Assembly (NCBI GenBank): GCA_965661355.1
Contig: CBFIDI010000003.1
Location: 1-57,994, forward strand
Length of the DNA stretch: 57,994 nucleotides
Direction: 5' to 3'
DNA from: Rickettsiales bacterium
GTDB taxonomy: Bacteria > Pseudomonadota > Alphaproteobacteria > Rickettsiales > UBA1997
Positions 40,347 through 49,841 of this stretch are shown here, one piece after another. The notes below the pieces were generated by a model. That model was not told where the DNA came from, searched no databases, and saw only the letters and a program-made list of their open reading frames with translations. How positions within the stretch are numbered: position 1 is the first letter of the stretch; the number at the start of each line of letters is the position of its first letter. The position numbers and the translations under genes are program-made.

Positions 40347-43214
40347 ATGCCAATTAATGAAATTCTACAAGGTAATCCTGATGAATGTAAATTTCTAATC
40401 GGAGAATATTTAAGGGATATAGGAGCTGAAGATCAAGTAGATCTTGGTTTTGGTGATCTTACTGAGAGGAATGAAGGTGGCCAAGAATTCTACGCGACCG
40501 AATTTAATGAATCAAGACTTCAACTTCGATCTAAAGATAACGTTTATTCTATTGTTGCACTAAAGGATGGTAAGATATACGAGGCACAGCTTAACAGTGA
40601 TGATGACGTGGTCTGTGGAGTTACAGGAGGAGAAGGTGTTGAAGAGAATGAAATATTATATCATCTTGCCACCTCGATACAAAAATCAAAGGAAGCCCAA
40701 GCCGCCAAATTTGAACAAGATAAAGATCTTATCAAAGGACTTTTACAAAAAAATGGACGCGATATAGCGGCTATTCAAGCTGATATTCAAGCAGAGCTTG
40801 GTTTTGGTGATCTTACTGAGAAGTATAAGGAAGGTGGCAAAGATGTCTTCGCGACCAAATTTAATGAATCAGGACTTCAACTTCGATTGAAAGATGGCGC
40901 TTTATCATTTGTTGTAAGAGTTAACGGTAATGAATGCAAGGTAAAGCTTAACGGTAATGGTGAAGTGGTCCGTGAATATATAGAAGGTGTTGACGTGAAT
41001 GAAATATTCCATAGATGTGCCACCTCGATACAAGAATCAAAGCAAGCCGCCAAATTTGAAAAAGATAAAGATCTTATTAAAGGACTTTTACAAAAAAATG
41101 GACGCGATATAGCGGCTATTCAAGCTGATATTCAAGCAGAGCTTGGTTTTGGTGATCTTACTGAGGAGTATAAGGAAGGTGGCAAAGATGTCTTCGCGAC
41201 CGAATTTAATGAATCAGGACTTCAACTTCGATTGAAAGATGGTACTTTATCATTTGCTGTAAAAGATGACGAGAAGGAATACAGGGTAAAGTTTGGTGAT
41301 AATGGTCAATTTTTATTTAGAACTGTAGTAGGTGATAAAAAATCTGAAGGGTACATAGTAGATTGTTGTGCCACCTCGATACAACAATCAAAGCAAGCCC
41401 AAGCCGCCAAATTTGCGAAAAAATTTGTTGAAAATCTTAAAAAAAATGATATTGAGCGCTTTTACCTTGATTTTGACGGGACAGTTTCAAACACCCATCT
41501 TTTTCATAAATATAATCAAGAGCTACAAAAAAGTGGTAGAGTTGGCGTGAAACTAGAAGATTTTATGCTTGAAAAAATAATGCAACCGGGCTTTGATGCT
41601 TCATCAGTTTTTGCGGACCTTATTTCTTTAAAAGCCATTCTTGAAGAATGTAAAAATCAAGGAATAGAAACCCATATTTTAAGTAGGAATTTTAAATCAG
41701 CCCTTGATGAGATATTTAAGAAGGCGGATATAGCTCAATTTTTTAGTTCAGAGGGTGAGATTTGTGATAGAATAGTTGGGCGAGAAGAGCTTCAAGGAGC
41801 AAAAGGACAATATTTATTAGGAGCTTTAGGGAGTATAGAAAAAAACATTTGTATGCTTGATGATAGTGAGGCTACAGATATTAAGAGTTATTTGGAAAAC
41901 TCAGGGCAAGAGGGTAGAATCGTTACATTTGGTGGTGGAGATGAATTAACTCCCCTTGAGGGAGGAAATTGGGAATCTTTTGATGGAAAAGCGGGAATGA
42001 ATTCTGAAAAGTTAAAGAAATGTAATGATAAATTTGAAGAATTAGCGCGACAAAAAGAAGCTGTATCATCGTCACAAGAACAAGCGTCATCAAGTCAAGG
42101 CGCTTCGCCGGATTCTGATTTTCTCGCCAGCGATCCAGATTCCGCCAGCGATTCAGCTTCCGAAGCTCCATCTTCCGCCAGAGATTCAGCTTCCTTCGGC
42201 GCTCCATCTTCCGCCAGAGATTCAGCTTTCGCCAGCGCTCCAGATTCCGCCAGCGCTCCAGCTTCCTTCGGCGCTCCATCTTCCGCCAGAGATTCAGCTT
42301 TCGCCAGCGCTCCAGATTCCTTCGGCGCTTCAGCTTCCGAAGCTACATCTTCCGCCAGCGATCCAGCTTCCGAAGATTCAGCTTTCGCCAGACTTGAGAA
42401 AAAACTTGATGAATGTAAAGATAAACTTAAGGATTTTTTATCACTTCCAGTAAAAGTCGCCGCATCAAAACTCGGTTTTACCAAAGGTAAAGATTCTTAC
42501 TCCAACCCACAAACAGGCAATAAAATATTAAAACTTTACCCTGACGGGGATAAATTTTTTATTGGTATTAAAGTGGATGGTAAAAGAATATGTATAAACA
42601 AAGAAGGTGAAAATCTTGCTGCTTATGAGAGAAGAACTAATATGATGGGTCGTCATAGTCACGAAAAAATTGGCATAAATTCAGAACAAGTTAAAAGTGC
42701 CATTATTGCAGCTTCGATGAATATAGAATCAGCTCAAAATTTTGAAGATGCTGAAAATCTTAGAGCGGCTCAAAAGTCTGAAGAAGAGGGTGCAATTGCA
42801 AATATTACTGAAATTTTATCAAAAGATTATCACGAAGCCTTGTCTGAACTTGGGCTTGAAGATAATCCGCCCAAAACAGAACAAAGAGAAACAGTACCGT
42901 CATATGGCACTAATGGATCTCTTAGTCTTGCCTGCTTCGATGGTGTGACGTATTTTGTACCAAGTGATCGAAATGGATATAGATGTTGTTTAAATGCAGA
43001 AGGTAGCGCTTTGGAATTATTCAAAGAAGAGGTCGGAGAACTTGTGTTAGTGGCATATAATACTAAAGAATACAAAGATATAATTTCATCACTTTCTTCT
43101 AAGATTTATAGTTGTAAAAAAGCCGCGAAGGAAGCTGAAGCGCCATCTACAACTACATCAAATCCGCAATCCGCTCAACAACTTGAGGTTGGGAGAGTTA
43201 CTGGATTAATATAA
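40347..43214 (+). CDS. 955-aa repeat protein with central HAD-like phosphatase domain; putative secreted effector
   Basis: Three ~115-aa tandem repeats; FYLDFDGT / ILSRN / MLDDS HAD motifs; Ser/Ala-rich linker; PS-rich C-terminal tail. Confidence 0.7.
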   Translation: MPINEILQGNPDECKFLIGEYLRDIGAEDQVDLGFGDLTERNEGGQEFYATEFNESRLQLRSKDNVYSIVALKDGKIYEAQLNSDDDVVCGVTGGEGVEENEILYHLATSIQKSKEAQAAKFEQDKDLIKGLLQKNGRDIAAIQADIQAELGFGDLTEKYKEGGKDVFATKFNESGLQLRLKDGALSFVVRVNGNECKVKLNGNGEVVREYIEGVDVNEIFHRCATSIQESKQAAKFEKDKDLIKGLLQKNGRDIAAIQADIQAELGFGDLTEEYKEGGKDVFATEFNESGLQLRLKDGTLSFAVKDDEKEYRVKFGDNGQFLFRTVVGDKKSEGYIVDCCATSIQQSKQAQAAKFAKKFVENLKKNDIERFYLDFDGTVSNTHLFHKYNQELQKSGRVGVKLEDFMLEKIMQPGFDASSVFADLISLKAILEECKNQGIETHILSRNFKSALDEIFKKADIAQFFSSEGEICDRIVGREELQGAKGQYLLGALGSIEKNICMLDDSEATDIKSYLENSGQEGRIVTFGGGDELTPLEGGNWESFDGKAGMNSEKLKKCNDKFEELARQKEAVSSSQEQASSSQGASPDSDFLASDPDSASDSASEAPSSARDSASFGAPSSARDSAFASAPDSASAPASFGAPSSARDSAFASAPDSFGASASEATSSASDPASEDSAFARLEKKLDECKDKLKDFLSLPVKVAASKLGFTKGKDSYSNPQTGNKILKLYPDGDKFFIGIKVDGKRICINKEGENLAAYERRTNMMGRHSHEKIGINSEQVKSAIIAASMNIESAQNFEDAENLRAAQKSEEEGAIANITEILSKDYHEALSELGLEDNPPKTEQRETVPSYGTNGSLSLACFDGVTYFVPSDRNGYRCCLNAEGSALELFKEEVGELVLVAYNTKEYKDIISSLSSKIYSCKKAAKEAEAPSTTTSNPQSAQQLEVGRVTGLI
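40440..41415 (+). repeat. Coding tandem repeat, unit ~345-357 bp, 3 copies
   Basis: CAAGCCGCCAAATTTG at 40698, 41043 and 41400; CTTGGTTTTGGTGATCTTACTGAG occurs three times. Confidence 0.9.
42120..42392 (+). repeat. GC-rich coding minisatellite (Ser/Ala/Asp/Pro)
   Basis: Reiterated TCCGCCAG and GATTCAGCTT units; duplicated block at 42187 and 42259 (72-bp period). Confidence 0.9.
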
Positions 43215-43787
43215 GTAGCTGTTAGTTTAATTCTGAAAATAAATATGATGGTGGTTTTTAAAATTTCTGCAATTAAGGTTTTTAAAAATCATCATCATAA
43301 ACTTACTTAAAGCTCGACGAAGATCCTTGAATTTTATTTAAATTTCTTAAAGACTTGTTCAAAAACCACTAATTTTACGCAAAAAACTATCAAAAAAACC
43401 CGAAACTAGCCCCAAATTCAATAAAATTTCAACTTTATCCTCTATTTTATTAAAATTGCGTATAAAAAACAAAGCAACAAATTTCGCGCAAAATTTACAT
43501 AAATTCTTTTAAATTTTCGTGTAAAAATCACTAATTTAACGCTTTTATCTATAAGATTTTGAAAATTTGGAATTGAACTGTCAAATGAAACTTCTGCTGG
43601 CTGCAAAATAACAAACTTGCCTTCTTTTTCTGCGTTAAATAAGTCAATAACTAAGTCAATATTTGATATGTCTATTGATTGAGCGTTATTCATTAAGATT
43701 AAATTAATTTTTTAAAATCTAGAAATACCATAAGCTATTTTATTTATCGCTTATTCATTCAAAAAAGTTCGAATTAGATGGCGTTTT

Positions 43788-43886
43788 CTTCAATAAGTAC
43801 CAGAATTAGAAACTTAAGGCGCGACCCAAAAGCTTGTTTAACCTTTGTAATATCGACATCGACAAATTAAGATAAAGATTCGTAAA
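43788..43886 (+). repeat. Diverged ~100-bp direct repeat, copy 2
   Basis: Aligns to 39964-40062. Confidence 0.5.
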
Positions 43887-44175
43887 GTAAGATTTTCATA
43901 TTGCCAATTACTGTGGAGTTTCTATTTACCAACAATTCACTTTTTATATGTGTTTACAATTTTTAATCAGTAATTAGTTTTTCTAAGGATAATATTAGAT
44001 TTAATTTGAAATATGGATATTTTTTAGTATTTAAAGATGAGGTTTTGAATTATGTTATAAATTAGCCCTTGAATCTTAAGTGACATAAAAATAGCCTTGA
44101 TGGTAGTTTTGAAACAAAGTTAGAAAGGTTACTTTTATGATGAAAATGCTTTTTTGGTAGAAAGTATTTCTTAAA

Positions 44176-44697
44176 TTAACCTCGATACCAAGCCATAAAA
44201 GTGTCATCAGACAATTTGCTATTTGAATCGAGTAACCGATTTTTCATCACACCTTCAACCACAAAACCGACTGATTTATAAATATCTATTGCTCTTTGGT
44301 TAGTTTGGCGAACATTTAACTCTATGCGTTGAATTTCAGGAAAATTGTTCGTTATTTCATTTATGTAATAGGTAAAAATTTTCTTACCAACCCCGTAACC
44401 AATGAAGTCTGGGTTGACCGCAAGGCTCATATTTCCAATTGTTGGGGTGAAGGTTTTTGGTTCGTTCTTATAACTTAGTAAAACAGCGACTTCGACTTGG
44501 TTTTCATCAAGAATTATTATCCCAAGACCTTTATTTATTGTATTGGAGATATATTCTTTGATATATTTATTTGTAATTTCTTCAGGAGCTCTGGCTAAAC
44601 CTTCTTTTACTTCTGATGATTTTTTGTAGAGTCTAAAAATTTTTTCTTCATCATTAATTTCAATTCTTCTATAACAAAAATCTGGCTTTGGTTTCAT
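44176..44697 (-). CDS. GNAT family N-acetyltransferase
   Basis: LAVNPDFIGYGVGKK, IELNVRQTNQRAIDIYKSVGFVVEG. Confidence 0.9.
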   Translation of the reverse strand: MKPKPDFCYRRIEINDEEKIFRLYKKSSEVKEGLARAPEEITNKYIKEYISNTINKGLGIIILDENQVEVAVLLSYKNEPKTFTPTIGNMSLAVNPDFIGYGVGKKIFTYYINEITNNFPEIQRIELNVRQTNQRAIDIYKSVGFVVEGVMKNRLLDSNSKLSDDTFMAWYRG

Positions 44698-45011
44698 TAG
44701 ATTTAAATTTAATTTTGAAATAAGTTTAAATAGTTTATTGCATTTTTTTAAATATTCAACGAAAGTTATATAAGGTTAGTAATTATGCTAATTTTACCCT
44801 GTCAAAACTCATATTAGAAGTTATTATTGATCCTTTTTTTAATAAAGCTTTACCCACTAGGTTGGTATTTAAAGTTAGAATTGTTCTTAAATAAGGTAAC
44901 TTAGGTAAAATAATAATATTGGTTTCATTGCTTAAATCGTAAAATTAAAATGACTTTTTAATTATTGCTTAGCTTTATAAGTAGTTATTTTTTTGCTTTT
45001 TTAGTTCAAGA

Positions 45012-45044
45012 AAAAGCGCCAAGTTATTTATTTTTAGCGCTTTT
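45012..45044. terminator. Possible intrinsic terminator downstream of the Bor-like gene
   Basis: AAAAGCGC...GCGCTTTT inverted repeat with a large loop. Confidence 0.3.
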
Positions 45045-45073
45045 AAATTCTTAAAATTGTTACTGAAATTAAA

Positions 45074-45358
45074 TTATTGTTTATTTTCACAGGTGATTTT
45101 GATATTTGATGGCCAGTAAATTCCAAGAGTGTAAAATCTGGCAAAATAGGTTAATAAGTTGTTTTTTACGGTTATTTGTGCATTATTTTCGTTATTACAT
45201 AGTTTTTTGGCGGCAATGGCGGTTTTTTCTTTTTGCAAACCCCAGAAAAATGAATGGTCAACATATTTAGAAGAGTTGTAATTGTTATATGAATAACATG
45301 AAGAAAGGCTAAATAAAGTTGCGGCAATTATTAATTTTTTTATCATTTTATTTTTCAT
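45074..45358 (-). CDS. Bor/Iss family lipoprotein
   Basis: Lipobox LSSC; HSFFWGL...AKKLC...TLGIYWP....TC pattern. Confidence 0.75.
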   Translation of the reverse strand: MKNKMIKKLIIAATLFSLSSCYSYNNYNSSKYVDHSFFWGLQKEKTAIAAKKLCNNENNAQITVKNNLLTYFARFYTLGIYWPSNIKITCENKQ

Positions 45359-45448
45359 AATTAAGTTGTAATTTTTGGAGAAATTTAGTAATTAGTTTTT
45401 ATGCGCTATTATTTTATAGCAATTTTTTTTAATTTTGTAAATAATTAA

Positions 45449-47335
45449 TTAACTTTTAGAGTATTTTTTACGCGATGGTTTTGTTGTTTTGCTAAAAGGT
45501 TTGGCGGCATTTCTTCCTTCAGTTTTTTTGCCAAATTTTTTGGTTTGCTTGAATTTGTTTAATTTGGCTGGTTTACCGACAGAATTTACCCCTTCTTTTC
45601 TTGTAAAGTTTTCATTATTGCCATCTTTTGTTTTTGTCGACATTTCTGACCTTCTTTTATTTTCAGGTAAAGTTTTATACTGGTTTTTGGGGCTGTAACT
45701 ACTTTTTTGCGACCTGTTTTTGTCGAATTTTTTAGGGTTTTTGTTAAATATTTTTGCTTCATCAGATTTTTCGCCAGTTCTTTTGTTGGGGCTCCAACTT
45801 GAAGATCCCAAGCTTCTTGAAGTGACGATATCATCTTGGCCAGACCTGCGAGATTGTTTGTTGCTGAAATTTGAAGTTTTTGCGCCGCTAAATCTAGAAT
45901 TTTGATTTGATTCTAGGTCGTTATTACGATTATAATCTTTTTCGTAATATGGTTTTTTGTTTTTTCTTGATAATTTATTTCTTTTTGCGCTGCCAGAAAA
46001 CTCACCCGAGCTGCTAGCAGATATATTTTTTGTTCTTACTTTACTGGTCTTGCCAGATTTTCTGCTGCTTTTTTCGTCAGTCTTAACATTGAAACCATAT
46101 TTTCGTTTTTCTCCTGAGCGCGCAGCAGCCTTTCCGCCAGACCTTCCGAGGCTGGGGCCACTTTTTTTGTCGGTGAATTTTTTTGTCGTTAAGGTGCTTT
46201 CATTGTGAAATTCATGATTCTTGTCAACCGGAATTTGATAATTAATGGTTTTTTCGATTGTTTTTAACAGGCTTTTTTCACTTGCGTCACAAAACGAAAT
46301 TGCAATTCCGCTTTTGCCCGCCCGTGCTGTGCGACCAATGCGATGAACATAATTTTCTGGATCGTGCGGTATATCGAAATTGATGACATGCGAAATCTCT
46401 GTAACATCAATTCCGCGAGCGGCAATATCAGTGGCAACCAAGACTTTAACTTTGTTGCTACGAAAATCACGCAAAGCTTTTTCACGAGCGGCCTGTGTTT
46501 TGTTGCCATGAATTGCCGATGTTTTAATATTTTCATCTTGTAAAAAACTTACAATTTTATTGGCGCCATGCTTGGTTTTTGAGAATACTAAAGTGCTTGT
46601 TAAACCCTCTTCATTTAAAAGTGATTTTAGCAAATGCAATTTATTTGCACGACTAACATAATTAATTTTTTGCGCAATTTTTTCAACCGTTGTCGATTGT
46701 GGCGTAATTTCAATCTTAATTGGCGTTTTTAACATTGAGTTGGCTAAATTTGCAACTTCTTTGGCCATTGTTGCCGAAAAAAACAAACTCTGGCGATTTT
46801 GTGGCGCACATGCGATAACTTTTTTAACATCATGTAAAAAACCCATGTCAAGCATGCGATCAGCTTCGTCTAAAACTAAAATTTCAACTTGATCAAGATG
46901 CACGGCTTTGCGATTCATTAAATCTAGTAAACGCCCAGGTGTGGCAATTAAAATATCAAAGCCACTTCGCATTTCTCGCACTTGGTTGTTAATGCTAAGA
47001 CCGCCAAAAATTGCGGTTGACTTTAGTTGAAGTCCGGCGCTGTAAATTTTTATATTGTCACAAATTTGCGAAGCAAGTTCACGCGTTGGCGTTAAAACTA
47101 AGGCGCGAACGCGACCAGAAGATGGCTTTATTTTATTTTGCGATAAAAGATGTAAAATTGGCAACGAAAATGCTGCGGTTTTGCCAGTTCCTGTTTGCGC
47201 AATTCCAAGCACATCACTGCCTTGTAACAAATGAGGAATTGCCTGTTCTTGAATTGGAGTCGGGTTTGAATAGCCTTTTTTTTCTAAAGTACTTAAAATT
47301 TTGTCATTTAGTTTTAAATCATTAAAGTTTGTCAT
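45449..47335 (-). CDS. rhlE: DEAD-box RNA helicase (RhlE-like) with long basic C-terminal tail
   Basis: Q motif, AQTGTGKT, PTRELA, TPGRL, DEAD, SAT, ARGID, HRIGRTAR. Confidence 0.9.
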   Translation of the reverse strand: MTNFNDLKLNDKILSTLEKKGYSNPTPIQEQAIPHLLQGSDVLGIAQTGTGKTAAFSLPILHLLSQNKIKPSSGRVRALVLTPTRELASQICDNIKIYSAGLQLKSTAIFGGLSINNQVREMRSGFDILIATPGRLLDLMNRKAVHLDQVEILVLDEADRMLDMGFLHDVKKVIACAPQNRQSLFFSATMAKEVANLANSMLKTPIKIEITPQSTTVEKIAQKINYVSRANKLHLLKSLLNEEGLTSTLVFSKTKHGANKIVSFLQDENIKTSAIHGNKTQAAREKALRDFRSNKVKVLVATDIAARGIDVTEISHVINFDIPHDPENYVHRIGRTARAGKSGIAISFCDASEKSLLKTIEKTINYQIPVDKNHEFHNESTLTTKKFTDKKSGPSLGRSGGKAAARSGEKRKYGFNVKTDEKSSRKSGKTSKVRTKNISASSSGEFSGSAKRNKLSRKNKKPYYEKDYNRNNDLESNQNSRFSGAKTSNFSNKQSRRSGQDDIVTSRSLGSSSWSPNKRTGEKSDEAKIFNKNPKKFDKNRSQKSSYSPKNQYKTLPENKRRSEMSTKTKDGNNENFTRKEGVNSVGKPAKLNKFKQTKKFGKKTEGRNAAKPFSKTTKPSRKKYSKS

Positions 47336-47930
47336 GAATAGTTCGAATTAGCGTTGTTGCTTTATAATTTCATCATCTGCTAGATTCTGACAAATATGAG
47401 GGGAAAATTAACGGGAAATTTTGTTGTTATTTACGGCCTTTTAATGATAAATATAATTTAACAAAATTGAATCTGGTATTTAGTGGCAAAAAGTTTAAAG
47501 CGGATCAATTTGCATTATTCAAGAGATTATATCATGTTTAAAAGTAAAATGAAAGGATAAAAATATAATTTTAAGTGATAAATCGAGCAATAAAGATATT
47601 TACTGTGATACTTTTTTATTAGCTTTTGAATGCTAATTTAACCGTTAAAATTTAATTTTTGAATTTATCATCAAGGTTTGCAATATCGGTTTTTATGATT
47701 TTCTTTTATTAATAAAATTATTTATCCTAAAATAGAATTTAGAGATAAAATCTTATATAAATAATTAATCAACAAAATTATTGACAAAGTTTAAATAGCT
47801 GGCCAGTTAATTCTTGCCTATATAATTATTTTTGATTAAAGTAAATAATTATATATAAATGCAGATTTGGCATTGTAATTGTTGAAATTTTCAAGTTATT
47901 AAAACCCTCTAGTAAGTGATTAATAAGTTT

Positions 47931-49427
47931 TTACCATAAAAACAAATTAGAATCTTTTTCTATCATCTCAATTTTTTTATCATCAAAGCGTTCTAAGTTT
48001 TTGTAAGCAATATTTAAGCGGTAGTTGTTTTTTAATTTCTCTTTGTTTTTTAATAAAAAATTCCAATATAAATAATTAAAAGGGCAAGCATTTTTTCCAT
48101 TTTTTTCTTTTACATCAAATTCACAATTTTTACAATAGTTTGACATTTTATTGATATATGATCCGCTGGCGCAATAGGGTTTTGTTGCTAAATATCCGCC
48201 ATCGGCAAATAAAATCATGCCAACAACATTAGGCATTTCTACCCATTCATATGCATCGGCGTAAACCAATAAATACCATTTTTGCACCTCTTGTGGATCA
48301 ATTTGCGCTAGTAAACAAAAATTACCTATTACCATTAATCGTTGAATATGGTGGGCGTAAGCGTTTTCTTTAGTATTTTTGATAGATTGCTTTACGCAGT
48401 TCATTTTTGTGTTGGCGCCCCAGAAAAAGTCAGGCAATTTGCGTTTGGCGTCAAAGAAATTTTCTTGTTTATAATTTGGCATTTTAAGCCAATAAATTCC
48501 CCTAATATATTCGCGCCAACCCAGAATTTGACGAATAAAACCTTCGGCATTGTTAATTGAAATATCACCTTCATAATAAAATTTTTCAACCTTTTTAACG
48601 CATTCAAGCGGTGTTAAAATCCCAATATTAAGATAAAAACCAATATGAGAATGAAACATAAAAGCATTTTCTTCAAGCATTGCATCTTGAAAATCACCAA
48701 AATATTTTAAGCGATTTGCAATAAAATCATCAAATGCTTTCAATGCTTCTTGGCGCGTGGTGGCTAGGTAAAATGGTTCGATATCGCCAAAATGATCACT
48801 AAAATTCTTTTCAACCAAATCACAAACTTCTTGTGTTATTTTGTCTTTTTGCGCTATAAAATGTTTGGGGATTTTAACCGAAGAATCTGGCTTTTTTCTG
48901 TTTTGCGCATCAAAATTCCACTTTCCTTCTTGTGGCTTGTCGCCATTCATTAGAATTTTGTGTTTTTTGCGCATTTTTCGATAGAAATTCTCCATCAAGG
49001 GCGATTTTAAGCTTTTTGCCCAATCTCCAAATTCATTAACCGAACATAAAAAACGATCATCTTCGCAAATTTCGACATTTATCTTCTTTTGCCACGATTT
49101 TATCTCTTCTAAAACTCTATATTCCCCCGGAAAAGTCACAGATATTTTGTCAAAGTTGCCTTTTTCAAAGTGATAAAAAACCGCTTTGCTAAAATTATCA
49201 AATTTGCCGAAATTTTCGTAAATTACATTAAATTCTTTATTGCGCAATTCTTCGCAAAAATGCCGCATTGCAGAAAATATGAAGGCAATTTTTTTCTTAT
49301 GATGCTTGACATAAGTGGCTTCTTCTTTAACTTCGCACATCAAAATTGTGTCACCTTTTTTGGCATTTTTCAGGCTAGAAATTTCATGACTTAGCTGGTC
49401 TCCTAAGATTAATCTTAAAATTTTCAT
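47931..49427 (-). CDS. Cryptochrome/photolyase of the FeS-BCP class (PhrB/CryB-like)
   Basis: LILGDQL, HHKKKI....AMRHF, EGFIRQILGWREY, YAHHIQRLM, DAYEWVE, four Cys (MNC, YCKNC, ACPF). Confidence 0.93.
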   Translation of the reverse strand: MKILRLILGDQLSHEISSLKNAKKGDTILMCEVKEEATYVKHHKKKIAFIFSAMRHFCEELRNKEFNVIYENFGKFDNFSKAVFYHFEKGNFDKISVTFPGEYRVLEEIKSWQKKINVEICEDDRFLCSVNEFGDWAKSLKSPLMENFYRKMRKKHKILMNGDKPQEGKWNFDAQNRKKPDSSVKIPKHFIAQKDKITQEVCDLVEKNFSDHFGDIEPFYLATTRQEALKAFDDFIANRLKYFGDFQDAMLEENAFMFHSHIGFYLNIGILTPLECVKKVEKFYYEGDISINNAEGFIRQILGWREYIRGIYWLKMPNYKQENFFDAKRKLPDFFWGANTKMNCVKQSIKNTKENAYAHHIQRLMVIGNFCLLAQIDPQEVQKWYLLVYADAYEWVEMPNVVGMILFADGGYLATKPYCASGSYINKMSNYCKNCEFDVKEKNGKNACPFNYLYWNFLLKNKEKLKNNYRLNIAYKNLERFDDKKIEMIEKDSNLFLW

Positions 49428-49432
49428 TTTAT

Positions 49433-49567
49433 TTATTTATTTTTCTTGCTGGCACATTTTTTTGAGCAATATTTCACATTTTCCCAATCTTTCTTCCATT
49501 TTTTACGCCATTTGAAGGGTAATTTACAAATTTGGCAAATTTTCTCTTCTAAATTTGTTTTTTTCAT
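49433..49567 (-). CDS. DUF2256 small Cys-rich protein (44 aa; missed by the ORF track)
   Basis: Manual translation [44 protein letters not shown]; 5 bp upstream of the photolyase. Confidence 0.9.
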   Translation of the reverse strand: MKKTNLEEKICQICKLPFKWRKKWKKDWENVKYCSKKCASKKNK

Positions 49568-49781
49568 TAAAAATTATTTAAGAGATTTAAAGCATTTATA
49601 ATAAAATAAATATTGCAATTATGAAAGATATTTTCTGTGAAACTATAAATTTTACATGAATTTTTGTCTTCTAATTAATACAAAACTCATATAAAACCAA
49701 TTCTGTAAAACAATAGAAGGGTCTAAGAATGTAATTTTATGAATTTTTAGAAATTTTGCAATTATAAAGTGAAATGAGGGG

Positions 49782-49809
49782 TTGGGCTTTAAAAATTATT
49801 AAAGCCCAA
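49782..49809. terminator. Hairpin downstream of the TonB-dependent receptor
   Basis: TTGGGCTTTAA / TTAAAGCCCAA perfect 11-bp inverted repeat. Confidence 0.55.
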
Positions 49810-49841
49810 TATTTTGTATCGATAAGACCTAAAATATTAGA

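Noticed and set aside
42120-42392. Possible CRISPR array
   Set aside because: No constant repeat with unique spacers, the tract is in-frame coding, and no cas genes are present.
41923-42484. Minus-strand ORFs with repetitive sequence (118 and 129 aa)
   Set aside because: By-products of the stop-poor GC-rich minisatellite inside the 955-aa gene.
43442-43693. 83-aa minus-strand ORF
   Set aside because: No recognisable motif; may be a remnant or a chance ORF.
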